A stretch of 35,244 nucleotides of DNA, taken from positions 1 through 35,244 of the forward strand of contig MRSU01007882.1 of NCBI GenBank assembly GCA_008369845.1, given 5' to 3'. Within the stretch, counting starts at the first letter, position 1, and the number at the start of each line of letters is the position of its first letter. The notes under the pieces are model-generated. The model saw only the letters and a program-made list of their open reading frames with translations, did no database searches and had not been told where the DNA came from. This document shows, piece by piece, positions 1 through 9,978 of this stretch. Source of the stretch: Trichomonas gallinae. Taxonomy: Eukaryota. A program made the translations under genes and the position numbers.

Positions 1-719
1 CTTTAAGGTATTAAATTTCGATGCACCCCCTGATTAAAATTTTGACGTTTGTAAATTTACAATGTCATTTGTACACTGTCGCTTTTCCAAAATATCTGAC
101 AATTTGACGTTGTAAAATTTCCCTATTTGACAGCTAAAACAATATAGGCATATTGGATGGATATGGTGGTGTATAATATATTGTAATGAAATTTTTAATG
201 TTGAACAGAGAAAAAAGTTATGATGAGAAAACAAAACCAATATAGATCCTATATAGCTATATTCTAGTATATGTATAACTTTCTACTATATATGTGTCAA
301 TTAGTAATTTACTTCTGGTATATAGTAAATCTTCACTTTTCTGGAATAAAAAGTTGTATGGACTCATTAAGTATTAGTTTGCGTCACGTGCCGAAATATT
401 TGGCATTTCTTACTATAGGATAATATCATTATATATAAGTATCCTATGGCATGTTATGAAATCTATTCATTTGCTGCAGTCAAACAAGGAAATATATTGA
501 CTTCAATGATTCCATTCGCAAGCATGTTGCTCGGCTCAAAACACCGCTTATGCTTGTCTACTTGACTTCACACACATAGTATGATAGTTTAAAGAAAAGC
601 ATTTAAAGAGTACTATGATGGTTTAGTTTACATAAATGAAAAGTTTAAGTTTAAATTTCAAATAAAATTAAAAATTCAATTTTCTATATTTCTAATAAGA
701 ATAATATAAAAGTGTTGAT

Positions 720-1475
720 TTACTCCTTTTCTTCCGCTGATTTCTTGATAGTTTCTTCATATCGCTTCATTAAAGTATCGACTTCTGAAGTAGTAAGAAT
801 ACGAACCTTTGGACCATATTCCTCGCGGAACTGGAGGACAGAGAATTCGAGCTTATCAGCACTTAATGATGTAGAATCTAATGTCTTGCAAAGAACTTTA
901 ACAGTAAGATCCATAGCTTCTGTAGCAGTCATATTATCTTTATATTGAGATTTAAGAATAGATTGTGCAGTCTGATTATTTTCACCAATCGCTGTTGCCT
1001 TCCAGCCACCGTAGTTGCCGGATGGATCTGTCAAGTATAACTGGCAGCCCTTATGAGCATCATAACCAGCAATTAAGAAAGAAACACCGTAAGGTCTAAG
1101 ACCACCGTATTGAGTTTTACTATGTTTTTCATCGCATACCATACGAACTAATTGTTCAACAGGCATTGGCTCATCGTATACTTTGAGGTGTTTTTGTGCT
1201 TGTGTACGCATCAAATCTATTAATGTGTTTGCATCAGCTGTTAATCCAGCAAGTGCTGTGACAATGTGGCTGTCGATTTTAGCCATCTTTTCTGGGAACA
1301 AATAGTCAACTAATCTCCCAGTGTTTTTCTTTTCTGCAGCGAGAACAACGCCATTCGAAAATTGGACGCCGATCGCTGTACCTGCTTGATTAATTGACTG
1401 AATGGCATATTCTACCTGGAGAATACGGCCATCACTTGAGAATGTTGTTGTGCCGGCATCATAACGATATGTCAT
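720..1475 (-). CDS. PSMA4: 20S proteasome alpha subunit, alpha3/PSMA4 (Pre9) type, 251 aa
   Basis: N-terminal alpha signature RYDAGTTTFSSDGRILQVEYA, GVVLAAEKK, AGLTADAN, TQYGGLRPYGVSFLIAG, DPSGNYGGWKATAIG; the combination is typical of alpha3. The stop TAA is followed by A (TAAA signal). Confidence 0.96.
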   Translation of the reverse strand: MTYRYDAGTTTFSSDGRILQVEYAIQSINQAGTAIGVQFSNGVVLAAEKKNTGRLVDYLFPEKMAKIDSHIVTALAGLTADANTLIDLMRTQAQKHLKVYDEPMPVEQLVRMVCDEKHSKTQYGGLRPYGVSFLIAGYDAHKGCQLYLTDPSGNYGGWKATAIGENNQTAQSILKSQYKDNMTATEAMDLTVKVLCKTLDSTSLSADKLEFSVLQFREEYGPKVRILTTSEVDTLMKRYEETIKKSAEEKE

Positions 1476-1964
1476 CTAGATATTTTTTGAAAAACATTGC
1501 TTTGATTGCTCAAACACAGTTTTTCAATTTTTTCTTTTTCGTTTTTTGATTTTTCATTATTTAGATTGCATAAATCATATAAAACCTGAATATCATGTAG
1601 AAATTCGAAAATATTAACAAGATGTTATGCAATTCGTTTTACATGGCAAATTGTCGTATTTTGTAGAAATTTGTATTGTTTACGTGTCATGTTGTGGAAG
1701 TACATGTCAAAAAATTACCAAAACTCATTATGTAGTAATCAATGAAACCATAAAGGTTCATATTACGCCATTTTAATAACTAACGAAAACAGGAATCATC
1801 ATAAATCATAATATAGAGAAAATCAAATTTTATGAATCTAAATTCTTCTTAAATCTGTATTCGCGAATGTGTACTATAATATACATCCTATAAATATTAT
1901 GCATATATGGTAAAATTAACTATTTTGCCATTATTGCATTAAAAACATCTAATATTTTCATATT

Positions 1965-2490
1965 ATGAAGTTTAAACTTTCATATAGTTTACAGATGATC
2001 AAGGTAGTTGATTTCATCCCGTTTATCGTCTTTCATATAAAGATATTCAGAAAAATTTATATAAGTTGTGTAAGAAACATAATGTTGATATATAATAGAG
2101 ATTTACAACAATACAAAACTTATTCAGTTGATCAAAAGATCGAATATCAATTGTTTCAAAATAATCTCCAAAAAATCTTGTTTCAATATTCTATACATCA
2201 AGATACTGTACAAAATGCTGTGTATCACCTATTGGAGCGTTACAAATCGTAATTGAACAACCACATTTCGCAAATAGAATCTCATTGTGAGAAAAATTAC
2301 TGTGTTAACTCTCATTCTCAATTACTGCAAGAGTATAACTCGTTGAAACTAAAATCTGACCAAAAACGTACTCTTTAAAATAATATTATGATCAAAGAGG
2401 TTTGAGAAGACTTTTTGGTCGGTTCTCAAAACAATAGCCCGATTCATCCAGGAACAATAGAGAATTGTAGTAGAGAATCTTGTTTTTGAG
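1965..2490 (+). pseudogene. Possible decayed coding sequence of unknown family
   Basis: The 95-aa ORF continues past its stop as protein-like text with scattered stops (LLERYKS*LNNHISQIESHCEKNYCVNSHSQLLQEYNSLKLKSDQKRTL*...). No recognisable domain. Confidence 0.25.
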
Positions 2491-2565
2491 ATAATCTATT
2501 GCAATTTCCAAAAATGACTATGATAGGATTGTTCAAATTTGGATATCGTTGTAATAACTAAACTT

Positions 2566-2576
2566 TCATTTTCATT
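2566..2576 (+). promoter_or_regulatory. Tandem initiator (Inr) elements TCATT
   Basis: TCATT at 2566-2570 and 2572-2576, just upstream of ATG 2583; matches the trichomonad Inr TCA(C/T)(T/A). Confidence 0.7.
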
Positions 2577-2582
2577 TTGTTT

Positions 2583-3521
2583 ATGTGGCTGCAAAGATTT
2601 CTTGCACGTTTTGTTTATAGGCCTCCAAGGAGCCAATACGATATAAACTCACTTCCTGACGATGTTTATGCAAACGATGGTACAGTGATTGCACGCACTC
2701 CTTTCGAAGTAAAAAATTCAAGAGGATTAAAAGTCATCGGATCAATCTACAAAGCGCAGCTTAAAATTCCAGGTTCGCCAGCGATCATTTATCTTCACGG
2801 AAATGCCAGCTCTCAGCGTGAGGGACAATTTTTAACAAATTATCTTTCACATTTAGGAGTTTCTGTAGTTTGTGTTGATCTTTCAGGATCTGGAAACTCT
2901 GAAGGTGAGACCATCGGAATGGGATTGTTCGAAAGAGATGATGTTAAATGCATTATTCAATACATTCGCCAGAATTTCGGTATAGACAAAGTTGTACTGT
3001 TTGGTAGATCCATGGGTGCAGCAACAGCCGCTTGGTATGCTTGCGAAAACGACGACATTTCTGGAATTATCTGCGATTCTTCTTATATTTCACTTTGGGA
3101 TGTTATACTTGACTTTACATGCAATAGCATATTCTTAAGGATGCTAGGATACGTCTTATATCCATATATAGATATTGCAGTTAGAAAATATGGAAATTTC
3201 TCAATGAATGACATCAATTATCGAGATAAACTCAAAGATGCTAGAATTCCTGCGCTTTTTGTACATGCTTACAAAGATAATTTTGTTGGAATTAATGAAT
3301 CTCAAGAAATATTTGCTTTGTATGGTGGAAGTGAAAAGTATCTTTTAACTTGTGCAGGAGGACATAACAATGCTCGCAAGAGATATGTCACTGACCAAGA
3401 ATTGACTTTCATTTGCAAAGTTCTCGGTATAGAAACGTCATTAGATGTTGCACCACGTCCAGACGAACAAATAAGTCAAGAGGCACACTTCACTAGCATT
3501 AATGATATGATCAATCATTAA
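2583..3521 (+). CDS. Alpha/beta hydrolase (clan SC / S9-like, ABHD-type serine hydrolase), 312 aa
   Basis: YLHGNAS oxyanion region, DLSGSGNSEG, nucleophile elbow GRSMG, acid in HAYKDNFV, His in GGHNNAR. First ATG is 2583 (the ORF track starts at a TTG). Confidence 0.9.
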   Translation: MWLQRFLARFVYRPPRSQYDINSLPDDVYANDGTVIARTPFEVKNSRGLKVIGSIYKAQLKIPGSPAIIYLHGNASSQREGQFLTNYLSHLGVSVVCVDLSGSGNSEGETIGMGLFERDDVKCIIQYIRQNFGIDKVVLFGRSMGAATAAWYACENDDISGIICDSSYISLWDVILDFTCNSIFLRMLGYVLYPYIDIAVRKYGNFSMNDINYRDKLKDARIPALFVHAYKDNFVGINESQEIFALYGGSEKYLLTCAGGHNNARKRYVTDQELTFICKVLGIETSLDVAPRPDEQISQEAHFTSINDMINH

Positions 3522-3780
3522 TTGAGTTTTGCTGCAATCTACGAGTGAAATATACATTTCTAGCTTTACTAGCGCTTCTTATTACTTCATTTTGATGATT
3601 TATTAAAATGTTTATAATATTTATTTCAATATGCAAATTGTGATTCGTAATTTAATAAGAAATGCATGGTTCTATGAGTCATGCATTTAAAAGGAAAGCT
3701 TTGCTATGATTTATAAAATATTTAACATGTAAATTAAATTTCTGTATGTAAATATGTCAGGGTGTCAAATATTATTTGAA

Positions 3781-4368
3781 ATGCTATTTTCACTGGCATA
3801 CTTAGACCTTGTCTCTAAATACGTAACAGAATTTCATGAAGGAAAAGCACCTAAGTCTGTTCAAATAAATTCTCTTCGAAATATCTCATTAAATCATTTT
3901 GGAGTTTATCATAAATGCTTTTTAACGGATACTAATCATCACCCCCTTCTAGAAAATGTCGATGATGCAGTCTCATTACTTTATAGTGAATACAAAGGTA
4001 AGATTTCAACTCATTATATAGAAATTATTCAAGATTCATACAATATTTCACATTTTGAATATGTATCTTATTTAGGTAATTATCAAACTAATATATCAAT
4101 TATAGCCAAATACAACAATGAGGACTTCGTTCTTAATGGAAATTATTTAGAGACTGAATGGAAAAGCGACGAAAAGAATCATATTAAGCTTCAATACACG
4201 TGTGATCCAGAAATTGGTAAAGCTGGTGCTATTACAGAATTCTCTCATATAGACAATACATCCAATTATACTTTTGCATTTTCAACACCACGTCTCTGTA
4301 ACTTCCCAAGCCTCATGAATTTAACATATAAAACATTTCATTGTTATAATGGCGACCTTCTCGAATAA
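3781..4368 (+). CDS. Secretory-pathway protein with a divergent MRH-like (OS-9 / glucosidase II beta) domain
   Basis: Short hydrophobic N-terminus MLFSLAYL. The segment IKLQYTCD...ITEFSH...NYTFAFSTPRLC resembles the MRH C-terminal pattern (V.F.C...I..V.E..C.Y......TP.LC). Alternative ATG at 3754. Confidence 0.55.
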   Translation: MLFSLAYLDLVSKYVTEFHEGKAPKSVQINSLRNISLNHFGVYHKCFLTDTNHHPLLENVDDAVSLLYSEYKGKISTHYIEIIQDSYNISHFEYVSYLGNYQTNISIIAKYNNEDFVLNGNYLETEWKSDEKNHIKLQYTCDPEIGKAGAITEFSHIDNTSNYTFAFSTPRLCNFPSLMNLTYKTFHCYNGDLLE

Positions 4369-4683
4369 ATAGTTTAATTTTAACTCGCAACGCTTTGTTT
4401 GGCTATAAATTATGCATATAAATTGATTTTATAAACAATAATGTGATTTATTTTGATTAATTCAGATTATATTTTCATCAATTTTTTAAAAGATTTGCTT
4501 TATATGTAATTATATCACTGAGCCTAAGACATAAGTCTTCGCTCATTGATTATCTAGTGACGACTATAAATTAAAAAAAATTAAGTTAAGATAAGATATC
4601 ATTTTCAATGACATGCTATATAATTAAAGAATTATTACAAAGTCATATAAAGTATAGATTAGATTGTGGAAATGATTACAATT

Positions 4684-4696
4684 AAAAAAAATAAAA
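4684..4696 (-). terminator. RNA polymerase III oligo-T terminator of tRNA-Gly
   Basis: T4 then T8 on the minus strand within 20 nt of the tRNA 3' end. Confidence 0.75.
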
Positions 4697-4701
4697 TTAT
4701 T

Positions 4702-4772
4702 TGCACCGCCCGGGAATCGAACCCGGACCCCCACCTTGGCAAGGTGAAATTCTACCATTAGACCAGCGGTGC
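4702..4772 (-). tRNA. tRNA-Gly(GCC), intronless, 71 nt
   Basis: Reverse complement GCACCGCTGGTCTAATGGTAGAATTTCACCTTGCCAAGGTGGGGGTCCGGGTTCGATTCCCGGGCGGTGCA: acceptor stem GCACCGC/GCGGTGC, anticodon loop TTGCCAA, T-loop GGTTCGATTCC. No encoded CCA. Confidence 0.97.
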
Positions 4773-4932
4773 TAATCATTTTCTACCTAATATTAATATT
4801 ATAGACTAATAAAATCAATCTATTTCATTTGAGATATTGCAATCTCATTCTGTAAAAGATTGGTAAGTTTTGTTTGCTTTATAATATCAATAAATAACAG
4901 TATATTTTATTCAAATAACAAAAAGACAAAAA

Positions 4933-7900
4933 TTAAATAGTTGTCGCACGAAAACGCATACCTATATACTTCGGATCATTATTCCTTGCACTGTCAACAG
5001 CATATTTATCATTTGTATGAGATCTAGCAAGTATGTAGAAAATCAATCCACGCTGTCCCGATTCAATGTTCATCTTGCCAACAAGTTCCAGTGGATTTGC
5101 GTTCAGATAGTCTAATGTTAGACGACTCCTCCAAGCCCACTCTACATATGACTTGGCAGAGATATTGAATTTCTCGCGCATTTGATCGAACAAGCTTGCC
5201 AAAATATCTTGTATGAAGTTCATGATTGTTGTGATTCTCTTATGCTTGATTGGCTCATCCGTCAAGCAGATATTCATCATTCCAGCATCCAAGCCTCTGA
5301 AGAAGCCGCTCAGCATTTGGTCTAAGTTATCCTTCGAGATATGTTCAACAAGCTGGTCCGCTCTCTTTTTAATAAAATCAGTGCAAGTGTTGAATAAGTC
5401 GTTGAAGAAAGCTGATCCTCTAGAATTGAAATCTGGATGAAGAACTTTCTTTGACGCCTTCTTGATGAATATTCTCTTGAAGTTAGAGTTGTCGACCCAA
5501 AGTCTCTCCCTGATGTATTCGTATACTTCTTGCTGTATCAGAGAAGCAAATAGATTAGGTATAACAGACATGATCGATGTAACATAAGGAACAGGATCCA
5601 TGAATTGCTCCGGGATTCCTGATGCTCCAACTAGCGGCCTGATGTTGTGAAGGAACTCTTCCCACTGTGGCTTGATCTGGCTGAAGTCGTTGATCATGAC
5701 GTACATTTGCTGAGGCGAAGCTGCCGATATATTGTGAATTGCGTCGAGCTGCTTCATCGCTGAGATGACGTGAACATTATCGGTTGTCTGCACGATGATA
5801 TCCTTAGGGAAATATTTGACAATGCGGAACATCAACAGCTCTGTGTAAAGCTTCAGACAGCAAACGCATGTCGATATGTATGTGAAAATAATATCAACGA
5901 TGTTCTTGTTCTTCCATTTCAATGTTTGGACGAAATTGAATGACTGGCTGAACATTGTCATCAAGTCTCCTAAAGACGTGCTCGTCATATCTGCCTTGTT
6001 TTCGACTTCGAACGTGTCTACATCAACAGCTCTTTGTGTCCAGTCAATAAGTCGTGTGCTGATTGAGCTGATCCACTCCAAAACAATGTCGAAGAAGAGC
6101 TTGAACGGGCTGAGTTCTGGGCCGAGTTTGAGGTATTCCCAGATCTCTCTGTAGGCGAAGACGAACTTGAAGAGGCTGCGCTCGTTGAGCTCTATAGGAA
6201 GTTCCAAAAAGACTTTCAGAAGATAGACAGAAATTGTTGAGAAAACTGTTGGATCGGAATCGACTGTGATGAAACACTGAGGAATAATGTTTGACTCCAA
6301 ATATTGAGGAACGAGTTTAGCTCTCTTTGATATGATGCTCATAGATTCAGCAAGTGCTGATACAGTGAAAGTGTAGTTCCCTAAATTCGTTTCGATCTTT
6401 GGATTGAATTTCAAAACATATTCGTATAATGTCTTGGCGTTTTCTGTTGTTGGTTTGCTTGATGTGACTGGGGCTAAAGAAAGGAACATGGCCTTCATGT
6501 AATTCGCTTTAGCTTCTTGTATCAGTTTATCGAAAAGAGGCTTCACATCATTATCTACTAAAAGTGAAGTGAGTGATATAAGTGGCATCAATGCAGCTTT
6601 TTCATATTTCGTTGGATTCTTCAGTCTGCTGTATAATTCCAGCGGAACTCTCTTCTGTAGCTCTTTGATGATGCCGAAAAACACGTCTTTAATGGCTTCA
6701 GTGCCGCTGCAGAGATCCACGCAGTTCTTAGTGACCATGAAGAACGCGCAGAAAGCATTTAAGTAACTTTCGGATTCGCACCAAGCGTCAAAAAGTTTCT
6801 TGAGAATCGTGACATATATGAAAGTAGCAGGAATTGCGTGCCTTATACTATAATCTATAATAGCCAAGAAAAGATTTTGTGGAGGAAGCAATGGCATTCT
6901 ACCAGTTGTTCGCATCCAATCAATAACTAATTTAGTCGTCAAATAATCGGCGACTACTGACAAATCAATGCTATCATCTGTAAGCTGTGACTGTGTTACT
7001 GGAATTAGATCTGTTCTCTTGAACTGCATTTGTATTATCATATCGCCGACCGTTGACGAAATGATGCCTTGTTTCTTGAGTTTTTCGTTTATGATATGAT
7101 CTTTCGTGATTCCGTTGATAGAAAAGTAGTGCAAAAGTTTTGACGTAGTATCGTCTGCCATTTGGTATGGAGTGTCAGCGTGCTTTTCGCTGATGTAGAG
7201 TATCCTGCCCTGTATCTCCTGGGGGCGATCAAAATAGGGTAGTACGAATTCTGCGTAGTTTGACGAGAGACTTATTAATGTGATGAATCCCATGTATTTC
7301 AATTCGAGAAAAGCTGACCTGGAAATGTGCGTGTTCTGATATTTAGGCTCCCATTTGATTGTTATCTGTAGGTGCATGTTCCCTGTAGGTGGTGTTTTGC
7401 CCATCATTTCGCCAATCTTTTGGCTGAGAATTAATAATGTTTGCTGGGCATCATTAAACATTTCTTTTGTGGCGGAAAAGCTATTTATCCATGTTTTTTG
7501 ATATGTGTTTGCTTGCTGCTGCAAATAAGTGTTAAACATGAGATAATTTGTAGTATGTCCGATTTTTGTACGTAATTCATCTAACATTAGAGTTGTAGCG
7601 CCTGTTTCTTTGATTACATATGCGCGCACATCATCGGAAAGCGTTTTTGTGCCTCTTCCGATGTAAGAAGTAACAACACAATCGGCCAATGCTTGTTCGA
7701 CAATATCTGTTATGAATTGCTTATCTTCTGCCTCTACTGTTTCAAGTATTGATTTGATTTCGCGATATAAATCCGAATAAGTAATTTTTGCGAATAATGT
7801 TTTGACGTTGGAAAATATTTTATAAATAAAATCGGCAAGAATCGGTTTTTCATCTTGAAGTGAAGGCAAAAGAGATCCAGGAGACTCGAATATCGCTCTT

Positions 7901-8274
7901 AAAAACTTATAAAATGCAAATGAACTGACGTTTTCATTGCTAAGCTTGCCTATTTTTGGCGGTTTTGCAAACTTTGAGAAGTAAGCCATATAACTCGGAA
8001 TATCTTGGCTAATTATTGCAAAGTCTTCAGCAAAATCCGAACCGAAAGGAGTTAATGCACCTGTTTCCGAGTCAAAAAGCGTAGTAAAAACAGGAACAGC
8101 CATATCATGAACCATTAATTCGTAATGATTCATTTCCAAACTTCTTAAATAAGTTGAAAGATTCAATTTTCCTCTCTCGAGTGCTTTTTCTTCCAGGATT
8201 AACTCATCGTCGTTGTTGCCCTCAGTGATATTATTGGCCATTTCAATGAGCTCCTGGAACATGTTGTTATCCAT
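4933..8274 (-). CDS. Munc13-homology (MUN/MHD1) domain protein with a putative C2-like domain, 1113 aa
   Basis: WISSISTRLIDWTQRAVDVDTF...TSTSLGDLMTMFSQSFNFVQTLKW and MYVMINDFSQIK match the MHD1 pattern (W..RA+..D.F; SSV.D+F..+.Q; CV.+NN). A beta-rich segment from HLQITIKW to VGDMIIQMQF looks C2-like. First ATG is 8274. Confidence 0.75.
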   Translation of the reverse strand: MDNNMFQELIEMANNITEGNNDDELILEEKALERGKLNLSTYLRSLEMNHYELMVHDMAVPVFTTLFDSETGALTPFGSDFAEDFAIISQDIPSYMAYFSKFAKPPKIGKLSNENVSSFAFYKFLRAIFESPGSLLPSLQDEKPILADFIYKIFSNVKTLFAKITYSDLYREIKSILETVEAEDKQFITDIVEQALADCVVTSYIGRGTKTLSDDVRAYVIKETGATTLMLDELRTKIGHTTNYLMFNTYLQQQANTYQKTWINSFSATKEMFNDAQQTLLILSQKIGEMMGKTPPTGNMHLQITIKWEPKYQNTHISRSAFLELKYMGFITLISLSSNYAEFVLPYFDRPQEIQGRILYISEKHADTPYQMADDTTSKLLHYFSINGITKDHIINEKLKKQGIISSTVGDMIIQMQFKRTDLIPVTQSQLTDDSIDLSVVADYLTTKLVIDWMRTTGRMPLLPPQNLFLAIIDYSIRHAIPATFIYVTILKKLFDAWCESESYLNAFCAFFMVTKNCVDLCSGTEAIKDVFFGIIKELQKRVPLELYSRLKNPTKYEKAALMPLISLTSLLVDNDVKPLFDKLIQEAKANYMKAMFLSLAPVTSSKPTTENAKTLYEYVLKFNPKIETNLGNYTFTVSALAESMSIISKRAKLVPQYLESNIIPQCFITVDSDPTVFSTISVYLLKVFLELPIELNERSLFKFVFAYREIWEYLKLGPELSPFKLFFDIVLEWISSISTRLIDWTQRAVDVDTFEVENKADMTSTSLGDLMTMFSQSFNFVQTLKWKNKNIVDIIFTYISTCVCCLKLYTELLMFRIVKYFPKDIIVQTTDNVHVISAMKQLDAIHNISAASPQQMYVMINDFSQIKPQWEEFLHNIRPLVGASGIPEQFMDPVPYVTSIMSVIPNLFASLIQQEVYEYIRERLWVDNSNFKRIFIKKASKKVLHPDFNSRGSAFFNDLFNTCTDFIKKRADQLVEHISKDNLDQMLSGFFRGLDAGMMNICLTDEPIKHKRITTIMNFIQDILASLFDQMREKFNISAKSYVEWAWRSRLTLDYLNANPLELVGKMNIESGQRGLIFYILARSHTNDKYAVDSARNNDPKYIGMRFRATTI

Positions 8275-9019
8275 TTTTTCGGATTTTGTCAATTTTCAAA
8301 GTTAAAAAAATTGTAAACTTTTTACGGGTGCAAAAGCAACTGGAAAATAGTGCAAATACTTGATTGTGCAATATATGCCGATTTTCGTTTCAATTTTGAG
8401 TTGAAAATAATCGTTACACACATTGAATTTTTTGATCCAAATTAATAATCTAAAATCAATAAATATAAATCAACTTTTTTACGAAATTTTTTAAAAAAAC
8501 AAAATTGTGGATTTTTGATATAATAATTGGTACGAAATAAAATTTATTTAATTTTTACGATTTTGTCAGAAAATTTTGAGGTTTCAATTTGAATTTTGAT
8601 CATTTTAAATATAGGCATGTTAACAGATCGTTATTGTAGTTCGTTGACATTTTTGACATAATCATTTTTATTATGAGTTCATTCATCTCTGTATAACATA
8701 TTTATCGTTAATTTTAACTTTTAAGACTTTTATAAACTTTATTTGTCACGTTATTATTTTCTCAAAAACTTCTTTCAATCAAAATCATTACAACGTTTGA
8801 TAGACTCAACGAGTTGTACAGCAGTTTGCTTATTTTAAACGACTACTGTTGCTATGTAAATAGCTAATGACTATATTTGTTCAGTACCGAAATTCGTCAC
8901 GAAAAGTAGGGTGTTTACACGTCATATTTGGCATGTAAAGTATCTAAAAAGTGATATATTAGACAGGGGGTGCATACATATCTGTCACTTTTGTAAATAA
9001 TTTTTATGCTGTATTGTGA

Positions 9020-9850
9020 AATAAAATGCTGAATTTTAGAGATAAAGAGATTGATGAAATATTAGAAGATTATGCCGACGTCATAGATGGCGCCTGAAGC
9101 AATCTGAAGCTCTCTTGTCTTTTGAAGAAGACTAGTAAGAGTAAATACCACTTGTCTGCAGCAAAGTGTTATGCAGTAACATGATGCTTTGCTGAAGAAA
9201 AGCGGCATTCTCTCTTACCAGTTTTTAGAAAAAGATGAAATCTGCATTAATATGTAAAATGAGAAACTACATTAATATCGTGTGATTATTTTCTTGAAAT
9301 AAAAGGGGGGAACTCTTTTTTATGAGAATACTTGAGGTCGATACTTCAGATATAGCTTCTATAGGCCTACAGGAATAAGACATCCTTCCTAAGGAAAGCT
9401 GACGTAGTACTTGTTTTTGAGTAAATATTGATAGCTGCGAAAATCTGTTTTGTATCTCGAAAATTTAAAACTGTAGAGAGACTCTACAAACGTTGATGTA
9501 ATGTATGATCTCCATACTGTATGAGGAGTGTAGTGGCATATCCAAGTTTACTCTGAAATTCGAAGTTCCAAATTTTTTTATTTTTTTTTTTTTTTTTTTT
9601 TTTGAGGAGTGCAATCTGGGTATACTGCAGATAGAGCTCTTCTTTTGACATATGGCAATGTTCTAACGAGATCGATTTTAATTACAAAATTTCAAATTTG
9701 CAGAAAATTTTATGGATATGGATTGTATCCGAGGATATACAACGCACCCCAATGTATTGCTTGAGCGCAGTTCAAAGAGAATTGGCTCGGCCATTTCTTC
9801 TCTGAGTTCCACTTTTCATGTCCGACAACCCAAAAAGTGAAATCCTCCCT
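9020..9850 (-). pseudogene. TBC-domain Rab-GAP pseudogene (Gyp7/TBC1D15-like)
   Basis: Manual translation gives TBC motifs in the correct order despite stops and frameshifts: LYILGYNPY (about 9716-9742), IKIDLVRTLPY (IxxDxxR finger, about 9650-9682), TTLLIQYG..LHQRL (degenerate YxQG, about 9487-9536), KWYLLLLVFFKRQESF (about 9106-9153). Boundaries are approximate. Confidence 0.72.
9573..9603. repeat. Homopolymer tract T7-A-T23
   Basis: Directly visible; the longest mononucleotide run in the window, lying inside the TBC pseudogene. Confidence 0.95.
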
Positions 9851-9978
9851 TTTTTTTTAATGTGTATTATTTCATTTTGGAAAAATTAGAAAATTAAAAT
9901 GTTTGGCAATTAAATAAATACAGTTTACAATGAAACCTTAAAAAACACACTAATATAAAAAATATAAATAATATAAAG

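Noticed and set aside
440..580. Ankyrin-like fragments (SIH.AAVKQGNI, KTPLMLV)
   Set aside because: They need frameshifts, the spacing is shorter than 33 aa, and the fragments are too short to support a call.
21..8975. Exact 12-bp inverted match ATGCACCCCCTG (21-32) / CAGGGGGTGCAT (8964-8975), TIR-like
   Set aside because: The orientation is outward-facing for a single element, there is no shared target-site duplication, the match does not extend, and ordinary genes lie between. Could be chance or ends of separate relics.
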